Assembly (NCBI GenBank): GCA_965279515.1
Contig: CBDIID010000003.1
Coordinates: 3,264,001-3,328,000 of the forward strand
DNA length: 64,000 nt
Direction of reading: 5' to 3'
From: Turneriella sp.
Lineage (GTDB): Bacteria > Spirochaetota > Leptospiria > Turneriellales > Turneriellaceae
Under the pieces are notes generated by a model, which had not been told where the DNA came from, did not search any database, and saw nothing but the letters and a program-made list of their open reading frames with translations. The first letter of the stretch is position 1. Each line of letters begins with the position of its first letter. Below are positions 48,041-57,301 of this stretch, piece by piece. A program made the position numbers and the translations under genes.

Positions 48041-50368
48041 ATGCCTAAAGCAATCTTAATCACACAATGCCTGCAGAACGACTTTGTGCGCCTGCTCGAC
48101 AGATATGATCCGCTGCCGAATTTTCTGCATATCGGTTATGACGAAGCCAACCGGCTTCTGGGCGAGCGCGTCGAAGAGGGGCCGGTCGCGCAAATCATAC
48201 GCTGGGCTTACGACCAGAAATCCGACGACCTGGGAATCATACATATCCGCGACTGGCACGACGAACACGATACCGAGCAACAAGGGCATCTGAACCAGTT
48301 CGGAAAACACAGTCTTAGGGGAACAGACGGCGCTGATTTTGTTTTTAGCAAGCAGATCAAAGAAGGTCGCCACCATGCGATCGTCGACGCGTCGGGCCTC
48401 AATGATTTTTACCAGACGGATTTAGCGGAGCATCTTAGCGATTGCAATGCTGCCGCCCTCAAAGTCGGGTTGATCGGCGTCTGGACCGAGGCTAAGATTA
48501 CGTATCTCGCCTATGAACTCCTAACCCGGTATCCTAAAATCGAACTTTCGACCTGCAGTGCGCTCACGGCGAGCTCATCCCGCAGCCAGCACTTTATTGC
48601 CCTCGATCATCTCAAAAAAATTCTCGGTGTGAAGATCTTTGATTCCGTCGCCAGCTTCGCCGAACACCTCGGCGGCGAAGGGCATGGGGTCACCCCTTCG
48701 GCTTATGCTGCCGCTAAGATGCTCGACGATGCCAAATTCCATTTTAATATTCCGTATACGCTTAAAGAAGCAGACAATAAAATATTGCATTATCTTTTCC
48801 GCGACAGTAAATCCGCCGATTTCATCTGTCTTGACGGCGGCTTTAGCGGCAACGTGGTCTTAAAGGCCGAATCGCGCGACCAGTATGACCAGAAGCAGAC
48901 GCCGACAGTCGTCAAGATCGGCGAACGCGACCCGATTTCGCGCGAACGTGCGGCATTTGAACGCGTGCAGGAAGTACTCGGTAACAGCGCACCGGCAATC
49001 GTCGATTTTGCCGAATTCGGCACGCGCGGCGGCATCAAATACCGTTACGCAGCCATGACCGATGGCAAAGTGAAGACGTTCCAGAAGTATTTTGCCGAAA
49101 GCGACGATGTGGAACTGCTCAGAAAATTTTTAAGTATCGTTTTCACCCGCCAGCTCGGGAAATTCTACGAGGCCGCGGTTCAGGAGAATCTGAATCTGCT
49201 TGAGTATTACGATTTCCGTCCCAAATATGCCGATTCGGTGAAACGTAAGTGTGCTGAACTGGCGGACCTGCAAGCCGATGGCACTCTCAAAATCACAGAG
49301 GGCTTGCACGTCGAAGACGTCGCCGCTTTTTACGCGCACGACCTGCTCACTTTGCGCGAGACCGTCGCCGTACCGCGCTACGTTTCCTGGCTGCATGGCG
49401 ACCTCAACGGCGCCAATATCATGATCGACGAGGCACATAATGTCTGGCTGATCGATTTCTTTCACACACACCGCGGCCATGCGCTGAAAGACTTAATCAA
49501 ACTCGAAAACGATATCCTGTTTATTTTTACGAAAATTGATGATGCGCATGATCTGTTTTTGGCGAAACAGGCAACAGACTGGCTGTTCGATATCCATGAT
49601 CTCGCGGTACCTCTCGGTGAGATTCCTGTTACACTGGCCGCCGATGCCCGCTTTCGGAAATCCCTGCTTGTCATTCAGTACCTGCGCGGACTTTATAAGA
49701 ATATTATCGATCTCGACCGCGACCCCTACCAGTTTTTCATCGCCGCTGCGCGTTATGCCATGCACACGCTCTCCTTCGACGAGTGCAATCTCTGGCAACG
49801 CAAATGGGCGCTCTATGCGGGAGCGACTGCGCTGGGGCGCGTACGCGCATCGCTGGCACAATCGGCGCAACTCAGAATCGATTTTATGGATCTGCAGGGC
49901 CATGCGTCGCCCCAGGGACTCATCGGGCTGACAATCTTGCCGGGTCGCAAGGACCGTGGCCGCGACCTGGCGACCGATATCGAACAATTAAAAAAATCCG
50001 GCGTCGGCGCCGTGGTGACCCTTATCAGTAATGCCGAATTTGGCGACTACGGCGTACCCGATCTGCTCGACAAATACCGCAGCGCCGGTTTCGAAGTACT
50101 GCACACGCCGATTAAAGACCAGGGTGTACCCACCGCCGATCAGGCCGATGAGCTTCTCGGCTTCATCCAGAAGAATGCGGATGCAAACCGGCGCACGGTT
50201 CTCCATTGTGTCGGCGGTCTCGGCCGCACGGGGGTTGCTGCGGCGCTGTTTCTGAAACACTTCGCAGGTATCGATGGCGATGAGGCAATTAACCGTATAC
50301 GCGCCGTCCGTTCGCCCCGTGCCGTAGAAAATCTCGATCAGGAAAATTACGTGAGAAATTATGCCTAA
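48041..50368 (+). CDS. Multidomain protein: isochorismatase/nicotinamidase-like, APH-type phosphotransferase, and dual-specificity/CDKN3-like phosphatase
   Basis: LQNDF, DWH and HSLRGT; GGFSG, VVK, HGDLNGANI and IDF; LPGRKDR and HCVGGLGRT. Confidence 0.85.
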   Translation: MPKAILITQCLQNDFVRLLDRYDPLPNFLHIGYDEANRLLGERVEEGPVAQIIRWAYDQKSDDLGIIHIRDWHDEHDTEQQGHLNQFGKHSLRGTDGADFVFSKQIKEGRHHAIVDASGLNDFYQTDLAEHLSDCNAAALKVGLIGVWTEAKITYLAYELLTRYPKIELSTCSALTASSSRSQHFIALDHLKKILGVKIFDSVASFAEHLGGEGHGVTPSAYAAAKMLDDAKFHFNIPYTLKEADNKILHYLFRDSKSADFICLDGGFSGNVVLKAESRDQYDQKQTPTVVKIGERDPISRERAAFERVQEVLGNSAPAIVDFAEFGTRGGIKYRYAAMTDGKVKTFQKYFAESDDVELLRKFLSIVFTRQLGKFYEAAVQENLNLLEYYDFRPKYADSVKRKCAELADLQADGTLKITEGLHVEDVAAFYAHDLLTLRETVAVPRYVSWLHGDLNGANIMIDEAHNVWLIDFFHTHRGHALKDLIKLENDILFIFTKIDDAHDLFLAKQATDWLFDIHDLAVPLGEIPVTLAADARFRKSLLVIQYLRGLYKNIIDLDRDPYQFFIAAARYAMHTLSFDECNLWQRKWALYAGATALGRVRASLAQSAQLRIDFMDLQGHASPQGLIGLTILPGRKDRGRDLATDIEQLKKSGVGAVVTLISNAEFGDYGVPDLLDKYRSAGFEVLHTPIKDQGVPTADQADELLGFIQKNADANRRTVLHCVGGLGRTGVAAALFLKHFAGIDGDEAINRIRAVRSPRAVENLDQENYVRNYA

Positions 50369-51206
50369 GCGCTATAAAGTCCCGAAGGGGTATCCCGGTT
50401 ATTATCCGCCGCCGCCACACATCGATCTCGCCGAGCGGTCGAAGGCAATTCTCGAACTCAAGGCGCCCGACGCCGAGCCTGAAGATCAAAAGCCGGGTCT
50501 TAAAAAACGGATCTTACTTTTTCTCGGTTCGTATATTCTGAAATACTATATTCAACTGGCATTCCGCACGTCGAAGCTACTGCTCTTCGATGTGCATCCC
50601 GATACGGAGAAGCTGCTCGCAGACCCGAAGGGGCAGTTTATCATTGCCATCTGGCATAACCGGCTGATGTATACAGTCTACAGCCTCTCAGACCATGTTG
50701 CCGGCCGCGGCCATGACATACTTGCAATTATTTCGCAATCCTCTGACGGCGAACTGATCGCCCGGGCAACGAAGATGTGGGGAGCATACACTGCACGCGG
50801 CTCATCGTCGCGCGGCGGTACATCCGCCCTGAAAAAAATTCTCCGCTACACAAAACTGCATTTTCATCCGCTCATCACTCCCGACGGGCCGCGCGGGCCT
50901 GTGTATATCGTCAAAGAGGGGTTACCGGCGATGGCGCGGTTCACCAATCTGCCGGTCGTGCCGATGTGTTATGCCGCAGAGAAAAAGTGGGTAACACGAT
51001 CGTGGGATCGCTTCATTATCCCGAAACTTTTCTCGAAGACGGTGCTCTCTTACGGGGCGCCGATCTACCTGGCGCGTGACATGCCGGTAGCCGAAGCCTG
51101 CGCGTATCTGCAAAACGCGATGATGGCGCAGGTCGATTTTGTCGAAGGGGCGCTGGCAGACCTGCTGGCCGGGAAAAAAGTCAGGTCTTTGCCGGAAAAT
51201 CCTTAA
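50361..51206 (+). CDS. DUF374 / lysophospholipid acyltransferase family protein
   Basis: IWHNR, SQSSDGE, RGSSSRGG, TPDGPRGP and SWDRF..P motifs. Confidence 0.9.
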   Translation: MPKRYKVPKGYPGYYPPPPHIDLAERSKAILELKAPDAEPEDQKPGLKKRILLFLGSYILKYYIQLAFRTSKLLLFDVHPDTEKLLADPKGQFIIAIWHNRLMYTVYSLSDHVAGRGHDILAIISQSSDGELIARATKMWGAYTARGSSSRGGTSALKKILRYTKLHFHPLITPDGPRGPVYIVKEGLPAMARFTNLPVVPMCYAAEKKWVTRSWDRFIIPKLFSKTVLSYGAPIYLARDMPVAEACAYLQNAMMAQVDFVEGALADLLAGKKVRSLPENP

Positions 51207-53508
51207 GAAAAAGCATCAGCTCGCGGAACGGCATGGGGCGGGCGAGCAAATAACCCTGCATCATGTCGCAGCCCTGTGTCTTGAGAAACTGCCGCTGCTC
51301 TTTTGTCTCTACACCCTCGGCGACCACACTCAGCCGCAGGTTGTGCGCGAGCCCGATGATCGTGCGCACAATGGCCGCGTCATCCGGATCATCTTCGACG
51401 TCGCGCACAAACGATTGGTCGATTTTCAGGTAATGGATCTTGAGCTGGCGCAGGTAACTCAGCGATGAATAACCGGTGCCGAAATCGTCGATAGAAAATT
51501 TTACACCGATTTCAGAAAGCTGTCTGATGGCCTTGCGCGACTTTTGTGTGTCTTGCATGATCATACTCTCGGTCACTTCGAGTTCCAGGCGATTCGGCGG
51601 GAAGCCATGCCGCAGAATCACTTCTTCGACACTGGCAGCAAAATCCGTACTCTGTATCTGCCGGGCGCTGGCGTTTACAGAAACGCGCAGATCGCCGTAG
51701 CCGTGTTCCTTTAGGAGGTTAAAGTCGCGGGCAACCTGATTTAAAACCCACATGCCAATCTCGATGATCTGGCCCGACTCTTCAGCGATCGGAATGAACT
51801 TACAGGGAGAAATCTGGCCCAGGCCCGGGCGGTTCCAGCGTAATAGGGCTTCGCACGATTCTATCTTGCCATTTTTAAAATTCAGCTGCGGCTGGTAGTG
51901 GACTTCGAGCTCGCCCCTGTGAATCGCTTCGCGCAGCGCTGCATCGAGTTCGATACGCTCATGCGTGACACGGTTCAGTTCGTCAGAGAAATACTGGAAC
52001 TGGTTGCGGCCGCTTGCCTTCGCGTGGTACATCGCGATGTCGGCATTTTTCAGCAGTGTCTCGGCCTCTTTGCCGTCGCGCGGAAATACAGCAATGCCTA
52101 TGCTGGCGCTGGCGTTTACCCTAAAACCATCTATCTCCATGGGCTCAGAAATCTTGTGGCATATTTTCTGCGCCAGCGATGCCGCTTCTTCTGGCCGGGT
52201 GTCTTCGGGCAGCAGAATGATAAATTCATCGCCGCCGCGACGGGAAACAGTGTCGATTGCCGTAACCGAACTCCGGAGTATTTCGCCGATCCTCTTCAGG
52301 AATAAATCGCCGCGGTGGTGACCCAATGAGTCGTTGATTTTCTTGAAGTGATCGATATCGAGGAATAAAAGCGCAAAGGCGGATTGATGGGCTTCGGCAA
52401 AGGCGATCGCCTGGTGCAGCCGGTCGCCGAACAAGCCACGGTTGGGTAATCCCGTCAGCGCATCATGCTGGCCGAGATAGTGGATCTCCGCCTCTGCTTC
52501 GGCGCGCTGTAGTTCAGCCGAGGCACGCGCCGCAAAAATCTCGAGAATCGTGCGGTTCACCTCTGCATGCCGCGGCGAATTTTCATGCAGAACGCGTATG
52601 GTGCCGATCTCCGCCGCATTCTTATCGAGTAAGGGTATGCCAAAATGGTTGCGCACATGCGAAAAGTGACCTGGCAAGCCCCGGGGTATTTCATCGCCCG
52701 CAAACCTGAAGTTTTCCGTGATTTCGCCGTCGGCCCAGACTGCGAGCGTCTCAAATTCCCGGTTCTCCGCTTTTACGCGTCTGCCGATGATGGCCGATTT
52801 AGCGTCAAACATATGCGCCAGTTCGCGAACAAAAGATTGGAAAAACTCATCCCCTGTGCCGGTAGTGCCCGCCGCGATGCGCGAAAGCAGCGTTTCCTTC
52901 CGTTTCAGATCGAGCAAGGAAAGAATGACCTGCGCGCTGACCGCGAGAAAAAAGACCAGGATGCCGATATGTATTGCCTGGACGTCCTCCTGCGGAGTGC
53001 GCATCGCCCGCAAAATGTCCCAAATTCCGGTGATACCCATGACGCTGCCGCCGAGAATGATCGTGAGATTTTCCCGGTGGTTTCGAATCGTTGGGACTAA
53101 CATGGCCATCCACAGGCCGATTGCCACGAGCAGGCTCAGCTGAAAGAGGCGCAGCACGGATTCGAGCGAATGTGACCAGAATAGAATATAACAGGAAGCC
53201 GCAATGGTGATCACGGCGAAGTACTGCGCTATGCGCTTCAGGAAATTCCGGTAACCACCGTCAAAGATTCTGTTGAAATACAGCGACAAACCCAAAGGCA
53301 TGATATAAAAGGAGATGAGTTCCAGCTGCCGCCACGACCCGCTGTAAATTACCGTATGAGCCGGCGTGACACTCAGGCTCCAAATACCAATCGCAACCGA
53401 GAACAGTGAATAATAAAACACGAGAGGTCTGAATCGCCCGATCGCAATTAAAACAAAACCTGCGAAACCCGAGGCGACATAAATAATTGACGTGACTAAA
53501 ATTTCCAC
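51181..53508 (-). CDS. Membrane-bound GGDEF-EAL protein with a GAF-like domain
   Basis: Multi-TM N-terminus; HDALTGLPNR, GGDEF, EALLRW, DDFGTGYSS and AEGVE motifs. Confidence 0.95.
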   Translation of the reverse strand: MEILVTSIIYVASGFAGFVLIAIGRFRPLVFYYSLFSVAIGIWSLSVTPAHTVIYSGSWRQLELISFYIMPLGLSLYFNRIFDGGYRNFLKRIAQYFAVITIAASCYILFWSHSLESVLRLFQLSLLVAIGLWMAMLVPTIRNHRENLTIILGGSVMGITGIWDILRAMRTPQEDVQAIHIGILVFFLAVSAQVILSLLDLKRKETLLSRIAAGTTGTGDEFFQSFVRELAHMFDAKSAIIGRRVKAENREFETLAVWADGEITENFRFAGDEIPRGLPGHFSHVRNHFGIPLLDKNAAEIGTIRVLHENSPRHAEVNRTILEIFAARASAELQRAEAEAEIHYLGQHDALTGLPNRGLFGDRLHQAIAFAEAHQSAFALLFLDIDHFKKINDSLGHHRGDLFLKRIGEILRSSVTAIDTVSRRGGDEFIILLPEDTRPEEAASLAQKICHKISEPMEIDGFRVNASASIGIAVFPRDGKEAETLLKNADIAMYHAKASGRNQFQYFSDELNRVTHERIELDAALREAIHRGELEVHYQPQLNFKNGKIESCEALLRWNRPGLGQISPCKFIPIAEESGQIIEIGMWVLNQVARDFNLLKEHGYGDLRVSVNASARQIQSTDFAASVEEVILRHGFPPNRLELEVTESMIMQDTQKSRKAIRQLSEIGVKFSIDDFGTGYSSLSYLRQLKIHYLKIDQSFVRDVEDDPDDAAIVRTIIGLAHNLRLSVVAEGVETKEQRQFLKTQGCDMMQGYLLARPMPFRELMLFLKDFPAKT

Positions 53509-53595
53509 AGCGCGGCCTCGGGCCTTTGAGTGTTTGTGGTTTCTGCGACAAGAACTTTTACAGCATGAATTTAAATTTTACGAAAAAAAAATAAA

Positions 53596-54309
53596 TTATT
53601 TTGGCTCGTTAGCGACGCTGTGGCAATACCGGCAACGTGCTTCGTAAATATTTTCCGGAAAATCTGCTCTCTTTTCGGCAAAAAGTTTGCTCTGCGCGAT
53701 CTCTTGCGAGGTTCCGACGGTAACAACTTCACTATAAAAAGAAGCAGGAGTGTATTCAGGCTTTCCTTCAGAGTTAATACCAACCAGTGTCAATTTCTGA
53801 CTGTGGTGCGCTTCGCCGCCACAGACGACGCAGATCGCAGAAAGTTTTAAAGATTCGTGCGCGATTGCCAGGTAGTCACCGACAGTTCTCTCTGAGCCCG
53901 CAATCGGGAATGGCATACGGCGGTAATCCTGATCGAGCAGAGACATGATGACATCGATACCCGACCGGCTCAATCGCCTGACCGTGTCGAATAAACTGCC
54001 ATCGAGAAACTGCGCTTCTTCAATCGCGACAATATCGGTACCTTCTGCGATCAATGGAGAAATTTCGCGCGGATGTGATATGACGTGAGCCTCTTCGCCC
54101 ACCTGCACGCTTTCATCGCCGGCCTGCGCGAGGTAATGCGGCAGAATTTGCGTCGCATGGTAACGGTTATCGATCGCCGGTTTGAAGAGCTGCACTTTTT
54201 TGCGTGCAATTTTAGCGCGGCGCACGCGGCGCAGCAGCTCTTCTGTTTTGCCCGAAAACATCGGGCCATGAATGACAGTGATCTTGCCGACGGCGGATTG
54301 ATCTTTCAT
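53596..54309 (-). CDS. tdk: Thymidine kinase
   Basis: GPMFSGKT, IEEAQF, ICVVCG and YEARCRYC motifs. Confidence 0.93.
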   Translation of the reverse strand: MKDQSAVGKITVIHGPMFSGKTEELLRRVRRAKIARKKVQLFKPAIDNRYHATQILPHYLAQAGDESVQVGEEAHVISHPREISPLIAEGTDIVAIEEAQFLDGSLFDTVRRLSRSGIDVIMSLLDQDYRRMPFPIAGSERTVGDYLAIAHESLKLSAICVVCGGEAHHSQKLTLVGINSEGKPEYTPASFYSEVVTVGTSQEIAQSKLFAEKRADFPENIYEARCRYCHSVANEPK

Positions 54310-54314
54310 GCGCG

Positions 54315-55103
54315 TCAGTTTCCGTAGAACCAGGTTCCCACAGCCTCACCGGCGATGAGCCGGCGGACAATCCGCATATTTTTTCCGGCGGCGATGCTCA
54401 TGACCTGCCCCGCGGCGAGAATTTTTTCCCCTGCCTGCAGTTTTGTGATCATGCCGCCTGTGCCGCCACCGCCTTCGAGGGCGTCACCCGCGTGGCGTTT
54501 CACATCAGCAGAAACCTTCGCGACGTGAGGCACGGGCTTGCCATCGCGGTAAAACGCGTCGACGGTTGTCAGCAGTATTAACAGGGATTTCGGATAAAGC
54601 AGGGCAATATCGGCCGAAAGATTGTCATTATCGCCGACCTTGATCTCTTCGCTGGCGATGGCGTCGTTTTCATTGATGACAGGTACCGCACCCCAGTCGA
54701 GCAGCTGGTTGAGCGTGGCCTTGAGGTTCTGGCGGTGCAGCTTATTGATAAAGTCAGTGCGTGTGACGAGAATCTGCGCCGCGGCGAGTTTTTCCTTCGC
54801 GAAGGCGTTGCGGTATGAATCGATAAGCAGGCTTTGGCCGAGCGAAGCCAATGCCTGCTTTTCGCTCACAGAAGCCTTGGGTAAGGTCAGTTTATTGCGT
54901 TCTTTAAGAATCGCCCGGCCAAAACCCACAGCCCCGCTCGAGACGATGATGACTTTTTTTCCCTGCTTCTGCAGCTCACGGCATTCGCGCGCCACCGAGC
55001 GAAAATAGCTGAGGCTGCGTTTCTCGATATGCTCGGTCAAAACACCCGTTCCGAATTTCAGAACAACGTGCGTTGCTGCTTGAAGGCGACTTTCCAGGTT
55101 CAT
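54315..55103 (-). CDS. proB: Glutamate 5-kinase (no PUA domain)
   Basis: KFGTGVL, VSSGAV, GQSLL, NENDA, GDNDNL and GTGGMITK motifs. Confidence 0.93.
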   Translation of the reverse strand: MNLESRLQAATHVVLKFGTGVLTEHIEKRSLSYFRSVARECRELQKQGKKVIIVSSGAVGFGRAILKERNKLTLPKASVSEKQALASLGQSLLIDSYRNAFAKEKLAAAQILVTRTDFINKLHRQNLKATLNQLLDWGAVPVINENDAIASEEIKVGDNDNLSADIALLYPKSLLILLTTVDAFYRDGKPVPHVAKVSADVKRHAGDALEGGGGTGGMITKLQAGEKILAAGQVMSIAAGKNMRIVRRLIAGEAVGTWFYGN

Positions 55104-55109
55104 CGGCTG

Positions 55110-56276
55110 TCAGACCTGCATTACCTGTTTTTGCACAACCGCGCGTGCCGCTTTGTCATAGTCCATGAGGCCTTCGATGGTATTAAAATCGCGCTTTTCG
55201 AATGTTGTGCTGAGGGCGCGTTCGATGAGTTCAGAGATCTCGCCAAAGCGGATATCCCCCGCAAGAAAAGCGGCGACCGCGGCTTCGTTGGCGGCGTTGA
55301 AGACCGCGGGAAAATATTTGCCCTGGGTACCCGCACTTCGCCCCAGCGCATACGAACGGAATTTTTTTTCATCCACCGGGAAAAATTCGAGCGCGGGGTA
55401 ATTGGCCGGCGCTTTCGCGGCTACGCAGACTTTAGATTCCTGCGGGTAATACATCGCATACGCTATCGGGTAACGCATATCGGGCTGGCTCACATGCTGT
55501 GTCACGGTACCGTCTGAATATTCAACCATCGCATGCACATAGCTCTGCGGATGGATTACCGCCTGAATTTTTTCGTAAGGCAGGTTGAAAAGATAATGTG
55601 CTTCTATCACTTCGAGCGCCTTATTGGTAAGGCCGGCGGAATCGACGGTGATTTTCTGTCCCATCACCCAGGTCGGGTGTTTCAACACAAGTTCTTTCGA
55701 GGCATTGTAAAAGTTATCGCCGTGGACATGCAGCAGGGGGCCGCCGCTGGCTGTGAGGTATGTGCAGCTAACCCCACCCCCGCCCCTCCCCTTATAGGGG
55801 AGGGGTGAAGACGAATCGCTCCCCCCTATAAGGGGGGAGCCGGAGGGGGGTTCTAAAAGCCGCCACAGGCTCGAGTGCTCTGAATCGATGGGCAGAAACT
55901 TTGCCCCGTTTTTGCGGGCGGCGGCGTTGACGACTTCGCCTGCAATGACGAGGCTTTCTTTGTTGGCGAGTAGAATGGTTTCGCCGCGGTTCGCCGCCTC
56001 GAGGGTGGTGGTGACGCCGGCCGCACCGACGATGGCAATGATGATAAAATCGTGCTCCAGGTCGAGTAGCGCGCGGGTTTTTTCCGCAGCGTCGGGTGAG
56101 GCTGTCGAAAACGATTGTCTGACGTTAAATTCGCGGGCAATCCCACTTGCTTTTTCTTCATTGTTGTGCCAGGTAAAGCCAACCAGCTCAAAGTCATCGC
56201 CGTGCTGGCGCAGAATATCAAGCGTCGAGTCGCCGATCGAACCTGTTGCACCGAAGAGAAGGAATTTCTTTTTCAT
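55110..56276 (-). CDS. dxr: 1-deoxy-D-xylulose-5-phosphate reductoisomerase
   Basis: GATGSIG, LANKES, PIDSEH, TASGGP, HPTWVMGQKITVDS and NAANE motifs. Confidence 0.97.
   Translation of the reverse strand: MKKKFLLFGATGSIGDSTLDILRQHGDDFELVGFTWHNNEEKASGIAREFNVRQSFSTASPDAAEKTRALLDLEHDFIIIAIVGAAGVTTTLEAANRGETILLANKESLVIAGEVVNAAARKNGAKFLPIDSEHSSLWRLLEPPSGSPLIGGSDSSSPLPYKGRGGGGVSCTYLTASGGPLLHVHGDNFYNASKELVLKHPTWVMGQKITVDSAGLTNKALEVIEAHYLFNLPYEKIQAVIHPQSYVHAMVEYSDGTVTQHVSQPDMRYPIAYAMYYPQESKVCVAAKAPANYPALEFFPVDEKKFRSYALGRSAGTQGKYFPAVFNAANEAAVAAFLAGDIRFGEISELIERALSTTFEKRDFNTIEGLMDYDKAARAVVQKQVMQV
55770..55852. repeat. REP-doublet-like palindromic element inserted in frame in dxr
   Basis: Two perfect 10-bp hairpins, CCCCTCCCCT-TAT-AGGGGAGGGG (55783-55805) and GCTCCCCCCT-ATA-AGGGGGGAGC (55818-55840), in inverted units bounded by AACCCC...GGGGTT. 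Confidence 0.85.
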
Positions 56277-56312
56277 CTATATCTTGGTCGTCGGGCGGAA
56301 CCATCTATAAGT

Positions 56313-56339
56313 AACCACGGCGGCACGGCGAACACGGCG
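56313..56339 (+). repeat. Intergenic triple heptamer repeat
   Basis: AAC-CACGGCG-G-CACGGCG-AA-CACGGCG between cdsA and dxr. Confidence 0.7.
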
Positions 56340-56341
56340 CA

Positions 56342-57280
56342 TTACAGCCGACGCAGTTCTTGCACGATATAGAAGTAGTAGTATGCCGCGGGGATCGTGA
56401 TGAGCATCGCATCGAGAAGATCGAGCACGCCACCGTGGCCGGGAATCAGGCCGCCTGAGTCTTTGATGCCCGCGTCGCGCTTGAGCAATGATTCAGAGAG
56501 ATCACCGAGAATGGAGGCAAAATAGATAATCACACCGAAGATCGACATTTCCAGATAGCTGTAAGCCGGGACGTTGAAATACTTGCGGGCAACATAATAG
56601 AACACGAGAACGAGGGCATTCTGCATAACCCCGCCGAGAATATAGCCCTCGTAGGTCTTGTTGGGGCTGACGGCAAAGCCGACTTTATGGCGGCCGAAAG
56701 CCTTGCCCATAAAATAGCCGCCGGTATCAGCCATGGCGGTAGCCCAGGTCACCATCCAGACATAGAAGAGGCCGTTATCGAGACTATAAAGAAGAAACAG
56801 GTGCGAGAAGGTAAAGGGCAGGTAAATGACCGACATCGCATAGACCGCGAGAATCAGCAGCGAGTTTTCGACGCGGTTCTTCAGCAGCTGTAGTTTTAGC
56901 AGCGAGAAAAGGAAGACAAAGGTCAATCCACCTAGCAGCGCATAGTTGAATTTAAGTAGATTCAGCGCCTTTTTAATGCCTTCATTATAGAGCGGCGCGC
57001 CGGGAACATAATAGTTCGCCTGCCAGGCAAGGTAGACCAGGGTCAACAGCAATATCGTACTGACGACACCCAAGGTCTTTGGTATTTTCTCCTTAATTTT
57101 GGCTTCCGCGAGCTCGTAGAATTCGCGGATACCCAAAACGGCGCAAAGCATCGTGAAAGCATAGAGCGGGAACATGTACATGCCCTGGTAGCAGATGCTG
57201 AAAATGAACGCCCCAGCGATGAGAAGGCCGCTAATCAAGCGTTTTGGTGTTTCGCCCATGTGCGAGGGCAGGTATTTCAT
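56342..57280 (-). CDS. cdsA: Phosphatidate cytidylyltransferase
   Basis: DTGGYF.G, SPNKT.EG and GDLSESLLKR..GIKDSG.LIPGHGGVLD motifs. Start may be 57259. Confidence 0.95.
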   Translation of the reverse strand: MKYLPSHMGETPKRLISGLLIAGAFIFSICYQGMYMFPLYAFTMLCAVLGIREFYELAEAKIKEKIPKTLGVVSTILLLTLVYLAWQANYYVPGAPLYNEGIKKALNLLKFNYALLGGLTFVFLFSLLKLQLLKNRVENSLLILAVYAMSVIYLPFTFSHLFLLYSLDNGLFYVWMVTWATAMADTGGYFMGKAFGRHKVGFAVSPNKTYEGYILGGVMQNALVLVFYYVARKYFNVPAYSYLEMSIFGVIIYFASILGDLSESLLKRDAGIKDSGGLIPGHGGVLDLLDAMLITIPAAYYYFYIVQELRRL

Positions 57281-57301
57281 TGAGGTTGTCAACGATACGC
57301 T

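Noticed and set aside
55110..56276. dxr as a pseudogene
   Set aside because: The insertion preserves the frame and all catalytic motifs are intact.
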